The notes under the pieces: generated by a model
The model's database searches: none
What the model was told of the DNA's origin: nothing
Seen by the model: the letters and a program-made list of their open reading frames with translations, nothing else
Origin: a bacterium
GTDB lineage: Bacteria; SAR324; XYD2-FULL-50-16
NCBI GenBank assembly: GCA_032250835.1
Contig: JAVVEA010000001.1
Span: 607,304 to 666,624 of the forward strand
Length of the DNA stretch: 59,321 bases
Direction of reading: 5' to 3'
Program-made: the position numbers and the translations under genes
Shown here: positions 8,308-17,514 of the stretch, one piece after another
Layout of the letters: each line of letters opens with the position of its first letter
Numbering within the stretch: the stretch's first letter is position 1

Positions 8308-9042
8308 CTATTTGATGTTTCCGGCGGCAATCTGCTCAAGCTGTTCTTGGGAAACCGTTTTCCCGTTCACCTGCTCAAGACTGATCCGCCCGCTATGAGT
8401 CACTTGCCCGCCACCCTGGGCACCGCCGCCGGAGCTGCCCTTAAACAAAAAGGGGCGCTGCGCTTGCTGTTGCAGCACCCACTTTTCCATGTCCAAGGGC
8501 TTCACACCGTCGTAAAGGGTGCCACCGCTAGGGTCTACGGGTTTCACCTGACCATCTTCGCCCATTTTAAACACCGACTTGCCTAGACCCAACAAAATGT
8601 CCAGCGCGCCTTCTTGCAGGCCACCGACCTGATTGATCGCCCCGGTCAACCGCTGGGTCACGTTTAGTTCCTCTAGCTGAGTCAGCAGTTGCGCCTTCTC
8701 GGCGCTGCTGTTCTGCTCTAGCTGAGACATCGCTAAGCGGGTGGATTCCAACTGGCGCTCATACTCGTCCTTGAGTTTTGCTACCATTTCATCGCTAGAG
8801 TTCCCCGAACCCTTCAGCGCAAAATCCTTGGCTTCGTCGCGCTCTTTGGCTAGCTTCACGTTGTTTTGGCGGAACTCGTCTACCTTGGCTTTGTGTTTGT
8901 CTCGTTCTTCTTCCAGCTCCTTCAATTTCCCTGCGGGTACGTAATCGCTGAAGGCATATTCGCCTTGCGGGGTCGGTTTGTAATCCGCTTGAACCCAGTC
9001 GGGAAGCTGGTCAAAGTCTTCTTGGGTGATGATGTCTTTCAT
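8308..9042 (-). CDS. Capsid scaffolding protein
   Basis: Coiled coil, VDEFRQNN, C-terminal PFLFKGSSGGGAQG; between portal and capsid; AAGGAG RBS before the ATG at 9042. Confidence 0.8.
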   Translation of the reverse strand: MKDIITQEDFDQLPDWVQADYKPTPQGEYAFSDYVPAGKLKELEEERDKHKAKVDEFRQNNVKLAKERDEAKDFALKGSGNSSDEMVAKLKDEYERQLESTRLAMSQLEQNSSAEKAQLLTQLEELNVTQRLTGAINQVGGLQEGALDILLGLGKSVFKMGEDGQVKPVDPSGGTLYDGVKPLDMEKWVLQQQAQRPFLFKGSSGGGAQGGGQVTHSGRISLEQVNGKTVSQEQLEQIAAGNIK

Positions 9043-9129
9043 GCTCCTTGCCCCTGGCAAAGGTTGAGGCCCACCGGGCCGGGTAGCCCGCCGCGCGGAA
9101 TGCGCGGCGGGTTTGTGTGCTGATGTTCG

Positions 9130-9165
9130 TTACTTTACCGCGAAGTCCTTGTTTCGTTAATTTTT
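9130..9165 (-). promoter_or_regulatory. Putative late promoter for scaffold/capsid genes
   Basis: AAAAATTAACGAAACAAG-N8-GGTAAAGT; the 18-mer is identical to 12869..12886. Confidence 0.65.
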
Positions 9166-9192
9166 CCTCCTCAAGGCTTGCGGATAAGGCCT

Positions 9193-10590
9193 TTAGGCCT
9201 CTTGAGACGGTTGCGGCAACTGGCCCAAAAACTCCTGGGCCGTGGCCGTGGCGGGCAGTAGTTCACCGGCTTCTAAAGCAGCGGCGAAGTCGCCTAAGGT
9301 GTACTTGCCCCGGTCCACCAGATCGGCCAGCTTGACGGCGTCTTCAACGGGCATCTGGCCGGGGCTGAAGTCGCGGTTTAAGCTGATTTGGGGGGCCGGT
9401 TCCGCGAAGCCGGACATAAAGGACCAGAGCCGCAAGACCTCGCTTAACTGCTCGCTACAGGCCTCGGCGACCACCGCCAAGTGGCTCTTTTCGCCTTCTT
9501 TGAGCATTTGCTGGTTCTCAGCGCTCTGGCTGGACTTCTTGGGCGCTTCGAGCATCCGCAAACCCAAGGTGGCCATCTCTTCTTTCTTGGCGTTTAGGTT
9601 TTCGCGAAGTTCCAAAACGCTGGTGCCCTTTAGCTCCAACAAAAATACCTTGGCCTCTGGCGAACCGAAGGCATTAAAGGCCGAAGAACCCATCCTTAAA
9701 GACTGAGCATCCTGGGCCTGAACCCCGGTGGCGCAGGGCGTGGGGTTGCCCACAAAGTAGAGGGCATTTTCTAAATCCGCGCTGGTGCGGTAATAGCTAA
9801 GGGCCAGCAAACAAATCTTCAGCAGCGGCGGCTGCTCTGGGTCCGCATCACCGCCGCCGGGGCCGCAGAAAACAAAGGGGATCTCGCCCAAATATTCACC
9901 TTTGACCTTCGGATAAACTGCCGCTTCGCCCACCCAGGATTCGCCTTGCTCGGTTTGAACCTTCACATGAACCTGCTGGTAATAACGCCCCTCTTCGTCT
10001 AGCGCCAACAGGCGCAAGCGCTCCAACTTTTTGTATTCTTCGCTGGGACGCTCGGGATCAGGGCCCCAGTAGGACTCGCGCAGCACCAAGCGGGTCAAGC
10101 GCTCGGTGCCGCCATAACTGTAGCTTTCCCAGCTCAGGATATTTTCGGCGCTATAGCGGGCCACGTAGGCCAGCGCCCCAGAGCGCTCCTGGGGGGCCAA
10201 GTCCACCAACAAACCAACTCGGCCCACAGACAAAACCTCGCGCACTACATCACGCGCCAGCTTCGTTACCCCGCCCCGGCGGGTGATCCGTTGCAGGCCA
10301 AGCTGGACCGGTTCGGTAAGGTTTTTGAGAACCGGGCGCTTACGGAAGATTTGGCCCAACATGCCTTCTAAGGTCCGCTCGGGGGCCTCATAAAACCTAG
10401 CCCGCAACTTGTAGGCATGGTATTCCGCCCCGTCCATTCCCGCCGGTTTAGGCAAGTATTCGGTCCCCTCTTCTTTAACCGCCAATTCGCCCGAAACGCA
10501 GTTGCGGCAGGTCTCCCAGATCTCTTCAAACTTTTTGTATAAGGGGTGTTTTAGTTGGATTCGCAAGGTTCCTCCTGTTTGGTGGATCAT
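9193..10590 (-). CDS. Portal protein (DUF4055 family)
   Basis: YLPKP...EYHAYKLRARFY, GRVGLLVD, IPFVF and PPLL motifs; follows terL. Confidence 0.9.
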   Translation of the reverse strand: MIHQTGGTLRIQLKHPLYKKFEEIWETCRNCVSGELAVKEEGTEYLPKPAGMDGAEYHAYKLRARFYEAPERTLEGMLGQIFRKRPVLKNLTEPVQLGLQRITRRGGVTKLARDVVREVLSVGRVGLLVDLAPQERSGALAYVARYSAENILSWESYSYGGTERLTRLVLRESYWGPDPERPSEEYKKLERLRLLALDEEGRYYQQVHVKVQTEQGESWVGEAAVYPKVKGEYLGEIPFVFCGPGGGDADPEQPPLLKICLLALSYYRTSADLENALYFVGNPTPCATGVQAQDAQSLRMGSSAFNAFGSPEAKVFLLELKGTSVLELRENLNAKKEEMATLGLRMLEAPKKSSQSAENQQMLKEGEKSHLAVVAEACSEQLSEVLRLWSFMSGFAEPAPQISLNRDFSPGQMPVEDAVKLADLVDRGKYTLGDFAAALEAGELLPATATAQEFLGQLPQPSQEA

Positions 10591-12105
10591 TTAAAATTGC
10601 TTTTGTTTGAGGCTGACTAAGCCCCCGCTGGTGCTGGTCAACTCATAACGCAGGGCGTCGTACAAATGGTCTTCGCCCTGGGTGTCTAGGTCGTCGGGGT
10701 TGCTGGGGTCTAGCTGTAGGCCCGGTAGGGTGCGGATCAACTGACGGCAAGTCTCCACCACCCATAACCCCGGCTCGGTGGGGCGCTCTTCGGCAGCGTT
10801 TTGCAGCAATTGGCAAATCTTGCGGTAGCCGGTGGCGCGGCTACCGGGCCCCTTTTCGGCCGGGATGAAGCTGATGCCCGAACGGCCCATGTCCGCCGCC
10901 GGGCTGCTGGCTGTTCCGGCTCCGTTGAAGATGCTGGTGTCCGCCGCACCGGCCATAACCCGGCCCCGCAGCCCCATTTGGGCTTCCCGTTCGGCAATTC
11001 CCTGCCCAATGGCCAGATCCAACAGACGCAACCCCTGGTTCGGCTCCCCATTCCAGCCGTACCATTCGCCGAGCACCACATAAGACCCCTTAGGTGGAGC
11101 AAAGCGCCGCCCCAAGGCTAAGGGCACCTCCTCCCCGTTGGTCTTGGCCACCCAAAGCACCGCAAAGGGAGCCGAAAAGCCCCAGTCATAGGCCCGGCGG
11201 ATGGTCCAGCCTCGGGGGATATCAAAGTAGGGGAGTAGGTGTTTTTGGGCATCCCAAAGCCCGTCGAAGGCACCTCCGGCGACGATGTCCCAATTATTGT
11301 TCAGCCAAGCTTGCCGGTAAGCCTCGTTGGGCGGATTGAGCCGGGCTTGGTATTCGGGGTCCGCTTGGAGCAAGGGGGTGTTTTCGCTGAACAATATCTT
11401 CACCCTAGCGCGGCTCAGGCGCAGGGTCTTAAAACCGCCCTCCCCATCGGGAATCTGGCGCTCGTCAAAGGCCACGGTGCCCGGCGGGCCGATGTCGATC
11501 AGCCGTTTTTTGACCCAGCTATGGCCCGGCCCCGCCGAGTTGGCGGTGGCACGGATGCGGGGCTTCACCTTGGGATTAGAGGAACGGGCGCAAGAAAACA
11601 TTTGCAGGTAAAGGTCCGGCTCGCGCCAGTTGGTTAACTCTTCCCAAAGCTGCCAAGGTAGTTCCCAACCATGGAACTTCCAATAGTCTGAGGCCCGCTT
11701 GGCGGCTAAAAATTGCAGTTTTTCGCCGCCCTCAAAGACCCACATGGGCCGGTTGCCGGCCTTGAACTTGGCTTTGGGGAAGATGCGGGGGATAAGGGCT
11801 TCACTCTTGGCGATAATGTCTTCAAGCTCCGTAAAGGTCTCGCGGAAGACCGCCCCGCGCCAGCTAGGCCCTAAGCCGGTACCCACGTCTTTGAGGTAAT
11901 CCATCAGGCCCGTTTCGGACTTACCGCCGCCCCGGTCCCCTTCGCCCAACAGTTCAAAGACCGGGGAACTGATAAATTGTAGTTGCCCGCCAAAGTTGGG
12001 TTTCCAAACAATTTGGGCCGATGGGTCTTGGGGCATGTTGAGCGACTTGAAAAGTAGAATGGGTAAAGGTAGAGCCGGTAAACGATCGGGCCTCATCAAG
12101 GCCAT
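10591..12105 (-). CDS. terL: Terminase large subunit (start at 12105 or 12036)
   Basis: Walker A GDRGGGKS, EELT Walker B, ATAN coupling motif, RNase H-like AYDWG and EDHLYDALRY. Confidence 0.92.
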   Translation of the reverse strand: MALMRPDRLPALPLPILLFKSLNMPQDPSAQIVWKPNFGGQLQFISSPVFELLGEGDRGGGKSETGLMDYLKDVGTGLGPSWRGAVFRETFTELEDIIAKSEALIPRIFPKAKFKAGNRPMWVFEGGEKLQFLAAKRASDYWKFHGWELPWQLWEELTNWREPDLYLQMFSCARSSNPKVKPRIRATANSAGPGHSWVKKRLIDIGPPGTVAFDERQIPDGEGGFKTLRLSRARVKILFSENTPLLQADPEYQARLNPPNEAYRQAWLNNNWDIVAGGAFDGLWDAQKHLLPYFDIPRGWTIRRAYDWGFSAPFAVLWVAKTNGEEVPLALGRRFAPPKGSYVVLGEWYGWNGEPNQGLRLLDLAIGQGIAEREAQMGLRGRVMAGAADTSIFNGAGTASSPAADMGRSGISFIPAEKGPGSRATGYRKICQLLQNAAEERPTEPGLWVVETCRQLIRTLPGLQLDPSNPDDLDTQGEDHLYDALRYELTSTSGGLVSLKQKQF

Positions 12106-12110
12106 GGATT

Positions 12111-12746
12111 TTAGGCGTCTGCTTCGGTCTGTGGTTTGGGTAACTTCGGCTTGGACTGAGCTTTGACCATCTGTTCCCAATCCTCGAGCGTGGCGGCCAC
12201 CGCCGGAACCACAATCGCGCCGGGCTGGCCGATCTCGCCGGAATGTTCGACCTGGGTCTTGTCGGACCAAGTCTGGGGCGCTTTGTTGGTCAAGATCATC
12301 CTGGCGGCCCGCTCGTTGGGGGCCACATGTTTGGTGCCGCGCTTGACCCGCTTTTTCACCCCTGCCAACAACCCCTGATGGAACACTTCCTCTTCGATCA
12401 CCTCCTCAAAATCCAGCCGGTAGCCCACCGCCGAGCGGAACAGCGCCGCCTCGACCTGGGCCACCGCCACTTGGTCGCCCCGCGAGAGCGCTTCGGCGAA
12501 TTCAGGGTGGCGGTTTTGGTAATTAAGCAAAGAAGCCCTGGACACCCTGAGGTTGCTGGCGATTTCCTCTCGACTTGCGCCTGCCTTTGCCCATTCTTCC
12601 ACCTCCTCCAAACGCCCTTCCACATGGGTGGGATATTTGTCTGGACGTCCTTGGGGTCGCTTGGGCGTTAGTTTCTTTTTTTGCGGCTCCTGGCCTGAGG
12701 ATTTAGGTTTCTTTTCGACTTTTAGGCTTGTCTTTTTGGGGGGCAT
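12111..12746 (-). CDS. terS: Terminase small subunit
   Basis: GRPDKY, HTH (EEIASNLRVSRASLLNY), VEAALFRSAVGY and WSDK motifs; AGGAGG RBS before the ATG at 12746. Confidence 0.85.
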   Translation of the reverse strand: MPPKKTSLKVEKKPKSSGQEPQKKKLTPKRPQGRPDKYPTHVEGRLEEVEEWAKAGASREEIASNLRVSRASLLNYQNRHPEFAEALSRGDQVAVAQVEAALFRSAVGYRLDFEEVIEEEVFHQGLLAGVKKRVKRGTKHVAPNERAARMILTNKAPQTWSDKTQVEHSGEIGQPGAIVVPAVAATLEDWEQMVKAQSKPKLPKPQTEADA

Positions 12747-12850
12747 CCGCTCCTCCTGGCGGGTTCGATCTGACAGGCTCCTTCCTTGGAGCCCAGTAAT
12801 AAACTCCATCCATGGAATCCAACCAAAACTTTGCGCCTCTAGCGCAACCA

Positions 12851-12950
12851 GAGTAGTACCATGGTCGGCTTGTTTCGTTAATTTTTTGGCTGCAGCGGTC
12901 TTTAATCCGTGGCCTTGCCCGCAAACCCTTGGTCCAAGCAAATTAACGAA
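12851..12950 (-). promoter_or_regulatory. Putative late promoter for terS, with an inverted half-site
   Basis: AAAAATTAACGAAACAAG-N8-GGTACTACT at 12869..12886; inverted core AAATTAACGAA at 12940..12950. Confidence 0.65.
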
Positions 12951-12963
12951 TCCGTGGGACCCA

Positions 12964-13722
12964 TTAGTTTAAGGGGGTGCTGCTGGAGCCTAGCAACCAC
13001 AGCCTCAACTCCGCCCGAGACTTAACCGCGACGCCCAGATAAAGCACCTCAAAGCGCTCGAAGCTTAAGGAGCCGGGGGCGAACTGGCGGCAGACCGCTT
13101 GGTAGACTTCGCTACGGCGGGCGTTGTAGTAGCCATTTAGTAAAACTTGGACGATGGCGCGGCGCAGGTCCGCCTGGGCAATCGGTTCGGGCTTGTCGGG
13201 CGGTTCAACCGCCTCGGGAGGTGACTCTGGCAAAGGCAGGTCGCTGCAGGCACCTAAGCCAAAGGGGCTATCCAACTGGGCCAACGCAGCGCGGTACTTA
13301 GCTACCAGATTGGGGCTGATCCCGAAGTCTTGACTCGCTTCTAAGTCGCTCAGCCCAGCATAATAACGCGCCATCACCAGCAGGCCCAATAGGGCTTGGT
13401 TGGTTGCCGTGGAGCCCTCGAACAACGAGCCCAGACGGTAAGAAAAGCCCGTCTTGCCGCGGCCCAGCTTGTGGCAGGTTAGGCAGGTGTACCCCTTGGC
13501 GTTGCCGCGCTCCTTGGAGCGGTAACGCCGAATCCGCTGCGCGCTGCGTTCAAAGCAGCGCGGGCAACGGGGCCGTCCTTTGTGCTCGGGCCAGCGCAGA
13601 TTGCAAAGCATCTTATAGGCGGCTTCATCGTCCAGCCCATGCAAGATCTGGCTAGGCGTCAGTTCCGCTAGTGCCTGTTCCACTTGGAGCCTAAATTCGG
13701 GCTCCGGAGCGAGGTGGTTCAT
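12964..13722 (-). CDS. IS1595-type zinc-ribbon + HTH protein lacking a DDE domain; candidate regulator
   Basis: DDEAAYKML..LRWP, CPRC...CLTC, FSYRLGSLFEGS and HTH ASQDFGISPNLVAKY; no IS1595 catalytic region follows. Confidence 0.7.
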   Translation of the reverse strand: MNHLAPEPEFRLQVEQALAELTPSQILHGLDDEAAYKMLCNLRWPEHKGRPRCPRCFERSAQRIRRYRSKERGNAKGYTCLTCHKLGRGKTGFSYRLGSLFEGSTATNQALLGLLVMARYYAGLSDLEASQDFGISPNLVAKYRAALAQLDSPFGLGACSDLPLPESPPEAVEPPDKPEPIAQADLRRAIVQVLLNGYYNARRSEVYQAVCRQFAPGSLSFERFEVLYLGVAVKSRAELRLWLLGSSSTPLN

Positions 13723-13831
13723 AAAAGGATTCTTAGGAAGGTCGCGTCTGGGGTTGAAAATAGACCGGATAGGGAACCGGCCTCCCAAGGCAGAACGCTT
13801 TGGGGGCCTAGAGAGCTTTGGGGGCGCGGTT

Positions 13832-14107
13832 TTAATCGCGGCTTGCGGCCATAGCCTTGCGCTGTTCCAGCTTGGCGATTTCGGCGGCGGCGCGCTTGAG
13901 GCCAGCGAAACTGGCGGACTTTAAGACGTCCTGATTTTGCACCGGGGCGGCGTCGATGGCTTGGATCAGTTCATCTTTACCGCGCTTGAGGGCCACCAAA
14001 TAGGCCCCCGCACCGGGAAAGATCACGGCGGTTACCAGCGCCAACGCGTCGATCAGGTTGCTCCAATCAGCCGGGGTGAGGTGGTGGAATAATTCGCTTA
14101 ACATCAA
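13832..14107 (-). CDS. Small membrane protein (holin-like candidate)
   Basis: One hydrophobic segment (LIDALALVTAVIFPGAGAYLVAL) and a charged C-terminus; GGAG RBS. Confidence 0.55.
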   Translation of the reverse strand: MMLSELFHHLTPADWSNLIDALALVTAVIFPGAGAYLVALKRGKDELIQAIDAAPVQNQDVLKSASFAGLKRAAAEIAKLEQRKAMAASRD

Positions 14108-14510
14108 GGTTCTCCGCTAAGGGGCTTTAGCCCAGGTTTCGGCTTTCGGGTCAGTCCTGTGGTTCGGCAAGGGCCACCGCTTCACCAACCAATTTTCTGG
14201 CCCTAACTTAGCAACAGAAGGTTCCCCGAATAAGCGGGAAGGGGTTCCCTTTTTGGGAAAACAGGGGCGGCAAGGCACAAGATGGGGAGATCACGGCCGG
14301 GAGCTGATTCATAACCAATTGAAACAACAGGCATAGTATGACAGGAGAGACGGAAAAACGAGGTTGATGAGGACGAAGCGACGATAGGCTTTGAGCTGGG
14401 ATCAAGTCTCTAGAAACCAAAGCAAAAAGGGCAGAACCTTGCGCTAGAGACCGCAACCAAGTGCAGGAACAAGCTTCGCTCAAAAGAAGAGCGTTAGGAG
14501 GAGGGGAGGA

Positions 14511-14590
14511 GGGTGAGAGGGTGAGAGGGTGAGAGGGTGAGAGGGTGAGAGGGTGAGAGGGTGAGAGGGTGAGAGGGTGAGAGGGTGAGA
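14511..14590 (+). repeat. Tandem repeat (GGGTGAGA)x10
   Basis: Ten perfect 8-bp units counted directly. Confidence 0.97.
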
Positions 14591-15009
14591 GGCACCGCCT
14601 TGGGTTTTTGGTGAGCCATGGCCCGCCAGCGCGCCGGGCAACCCAAACCCAAAGCCCCGAAGAAACCCCAAGGTGGCGCTTAGTTCAGGCCTGAGGATGG
14701 AGGCTTAACAAAGCCATGGGGGCAGCGGTGCTGGCGCGCAAGCAGTCAAGGGCCAATTTTTTGGGTCCTGCTTGGAGCCGCCGCCCAGCGAACCGGAAAG
14801 ACAGAGAAACCTTCCGGCTATTTTCTAGTCCAAGGTAATGGTCTCATGCAATTTACCTCCACCGCGGCCTAAGCAGTGCAGCGGGGAGCGCTACTTTCTC
14901 GTGATGGGAACCATACCTAGACCGGAGCAATAGCTACGCGGTTGGGCACACAGGTCTGGCCATCAGTTTGAGCCGGAAGGCAATAAGTGGTTTTTTTTGC
15001 GCATTTAAA

Positions 15010-17514
15010 TCAGGTGATTTTCGCCGGTGTCTCGGCCCCACCTTCGCCACGGATCTGGAAGCGGCCTACATTGCTTTGCAGTTGGTTGGCGATTTCGGCC
15101 AAGCGGTTGGATTCTTCGCTGATTTGCTCGGCCCCTTTGGCGGTTTCGTTGCTGGCTACGTTTAGTTGCTCCATGGCCTTGGCCACCTCTCGGGCCCCCT
15201 GAGACAGTTCCGAAGCATTCCCCGACAGCTCGCCGACCGAACCGGACAGTTCCCCAACCCAACCGGCAACTTGCTCGATCCGCTGGCGGGAGGACTGCAT
15301 CTCCCGCTCCATTTTAACGGCTTGGTCCGCTTGGGTCTGAGAAGCGGCGGTGACTTCGCCGACCGACTTGGTGACCTCGTCGATGCCGTCTAAAACTTGG
15401 TGCACCGCTTGGATCGCCTCTGTGGTTTCCACCTCGATCTGATTTACTCTCTGCCCAATATCCTCGCTGGCCTGACCGCTCTGCATCGCCAGTTCCTTAA
15501 TTTCTCCGGCCACCACCGCAAAGCCCTTGCCCGCCGCACCGGCACTGGCCGACTCAATGGTAGCATTTAAGGCCAACATGCGGGTCTGGGCCGAAATGTT
15601 TTGGATTAGCTTGGCCACCTGATTGATGTTTTGGTTGTTTTTTTGTAGCCGCGTCATGGCGGCGGTGGCCTTTTGGCTTAAGGCCTGAACCTTGGCACTG
15701 GCCTTACCGGCCTGGGCAGTTTGGTGGGCCACTAGCTTGATGTTCTCGGTCAGGTGTTCCACCGTTTTGGTGACTTCGCTGATGCTGTGGGTGACTTCGG
15801 AGGTGTTGTCGGCAATCTGTTTGGTTTTACCGTCAATATGGTCCGTTCCCTGAGCCAAAGAAGCTATGTTGGCACTCATCTGTTCGGAAGCCGCCGCAAT
15901 GGTGCGGGTCTCCGCGCTCATCTCGGTGGAGCTGTTGGCCATCTGGGTACTGACCGCCGACAGCTCGGTAGAGCTGCTGGCTAACCGCTGTGCATCGGCG
16001 CGCACTTGGCTCAATATTTGGTTTAAATCATCGGTCATCTGCACCAGCGCCTTCCCCAAAATGTCTTGATCGCTAGAAAGGGATAGGTGATAACGTAAGT
16101 CCCCAGCGGCCACTAGGCGGGCGGCTTTGGTTTTTTCTTGGAGACTTTCGATCATCTTCACTAGAGATTGGCCCAAGGTATCCTGCTCAGAGAGCAGTAC
16201 CACATCTTGCTGCATATCACCCAAAGCCACCGCGTGGGCCAGCTGCACCCGCTGTTTGAGGCTTTGCGCAAATTGGTTCATCTGGTCGCTAATTTGGCCG
16301 ATTTCGTCGCGAGCCTCTAAATCCAAGTGGCTATCTAAATCCCCCAGTCCCAGCCCTTTTAAAAAGACAGACATCTTGGCGAAGGGGGTGATCACAAACT
16401 GGCGCAGGAAGAAGACGCTCAATAGAGCAATGATGGCCAACAAGACCGCCGAAGAGCCGACAAATACCCAGGCGACCCGAAGCTCTTCGGCGTATACCTG
16501 TTCGCGCTCCTTGGCGATTGTTTGGTCTATGTCGTCAATATAAACCCCAGTACCCAAAACCCACTTCCATTCGGGGAAAGCCGCCACGTAAGACATTTTG
16601 GGTTGAGGTGTTTCGATCCCCGGCTTGGGCCATTGGTATGCAACAAAGCCGCTGTTTTGTTCCCGAGCGACCTTGGCGAATTCCACAAAAATCGCTTTAC
16701 CTGCGGGGTCTTTAAACCCGCTCAAATCTTTCCCGTTCAGTGATGGGTTGGTCGGGTGCATCACCATCTTGGCGTCAAAGTCGTTGATCCAAAAATAACC
16801 TGATTCACCGTACCTTAGGCCTTCAACAATCATAGCTGCTTGGGCTTGCAGGTCCCGCCGGATGTCGGCGTAATATTCCCCGGTGCCCAAGACCCAGTTG
16901 TAGGGCTTAAAGCTAAAGACATAAGAGATTTTTTGTTCCGTTTGCTGGTTCGATGGATTGGGCCAGCGGTATTCGACAAACCCGGCCCCCGCCTTTTTCT
17001 GGGTCGCTTGAACGAATTGGCGGAATAGATAGACCCCGTCGGGGTCCTTTTGGTCCCCTAAATATTTACCCTCAAGCTCTGGTGACATGGGATGCATCAC
17101 CATACGCAAGGAGGTGTCGTTGATCCAGAAATATCCCCCGCTTTCGGTGCGGTAGCTTTTGGCGAACTGCATTAACAGGTTGCGCAGCTCTCGGGCGGGC
17201 ATCTGGTTGACATTGTCTTGGTAGATTTGTTCTAGCCGCTGCTTAAATTGCTTGGCCTCTTGTTCGATGCGCAGCCGGATCGTTTCGTTACTGGAGCTGG
17301 CATAAATCCGGTCCAACGCCCCCATCACAATGGCGGTATGGCTGACCAAGGTTTCTTTGGTTTGCTCCAGGAGTTGTTCCTCATGGTCCACCAAACGCTG
17401 CTCGCCGTTCTGCTCCATCTGCCAAATCACGAAAGAAGTCCCCACAAGGGCCAGGAAAAATAAGGGCCCGAGGGTCAACACCAGGAGCTTGGTTTTAAGC
17501 GAAACGTTATTCAT
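15010..17514 (-). CDS. Methyl-accepting chemotaxis protein with two Cache domains
   Basis: Two YFWIND..MVMHP..GFV.Y.WP repeats, HAMP, signalling motif QTRMLALNATIESASAGAAGKGFAVVAGEIKELA. Confidence 0.95.
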   Translation of the reverse strand: MNNVSLKTKLLVLTLGPLFFLALVGTSFVIWQMEQNGEQRLVDHEEQLLEQTKETLVSHTAIVMGALDRIYASSSNETIRLRIEQEAKQFKQRLEQIYQDNVNQMPARELRNLLMQFAKSYRTESGGYFWINDTSLRMVMHPMSPELEGKYLGDQKDPDGVYLFRQFVQATQKKAGAGFVEYRWPNPSNQQTEQKISYVFSFKPYNWVLGTGEYYADIRRDLQAQAAMIVEGLRYGESGYFWINDFDAKMVMHPTNPSLNGKDLSGFKDPAGKAIFVEFAKVAREQNSGFVAYQWPKPGIETPQPKMSYVAAFPEWKWVLGTGVYIDDIDQTIAKEREQVYAEELRVAWVFVGSSAVLLAIIALLSVFFLRQFVITPFAKMSVFLKGLGLGDLDSHLDLEARDEIGQISDQMNQFAQSLKQRVQLAHAVALGDMQQDVVLLSEQDTLGQSLVKMIESLQEKTKAARLVAAGDLRYHLSLSSDQDILGKALVQMTDDLNQILSQVRADAQRLASSSTELSAVSTQMANSSTEMSAETRTIAAASEQMSANIASLAQGTDHIDGKTKQIADNTSEVTHSISEVTKTVEHLTENIKLVAHQTAQAGKASAKVQALSQKATAAMTRLQKNNQNINQVAKLIQNISAQTRMLALNATIESASAGAAGKGFAVVAGEIKELAMQSGQASEDIGQRVNQIEVETTEAIQAVHQVLDGIDEVTKSVGEVTAASQTQADQAVKMEREMQSSRQRIEQVAGWVGELSGSVGELSGNASELSQGAREVAKAMEQLNVASNETAKGAEQISEESNRLAEIANQLQSNVGRFQIRGEGGAETPAKIT

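Noticed and set aside
2310-12746. Contractile injection system or tailocin
   Set aside because: Terminase, portal and capsid genes are present and no sheath or baseplate genes are seen.
12106-12941. Extended ORF-track starts for terL (12270) and terS (12941)
   Set aside because: The terL extension overlaps terS and the terS extension runs through the promoter motif; a strong RBS supports 12746.
12964-13788. Active IS1595 element
   Set aside because: No DDE catalytic domain and no recognisable terminal inverted repeats.
14110-14185. Hammerhead ribozyme or riboswitch upstream of the phage operon
   Set aside because: CTGA and GAAA are present but the CUGANGA core and required stems are not.
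14208-14671. ORFs 14208..14483 and 14480..14671 (SHPLTLSP repeats)
   Set aside because: The peptide repeat is just the translated 8-bp tandem repeat; no RBS or domain support.
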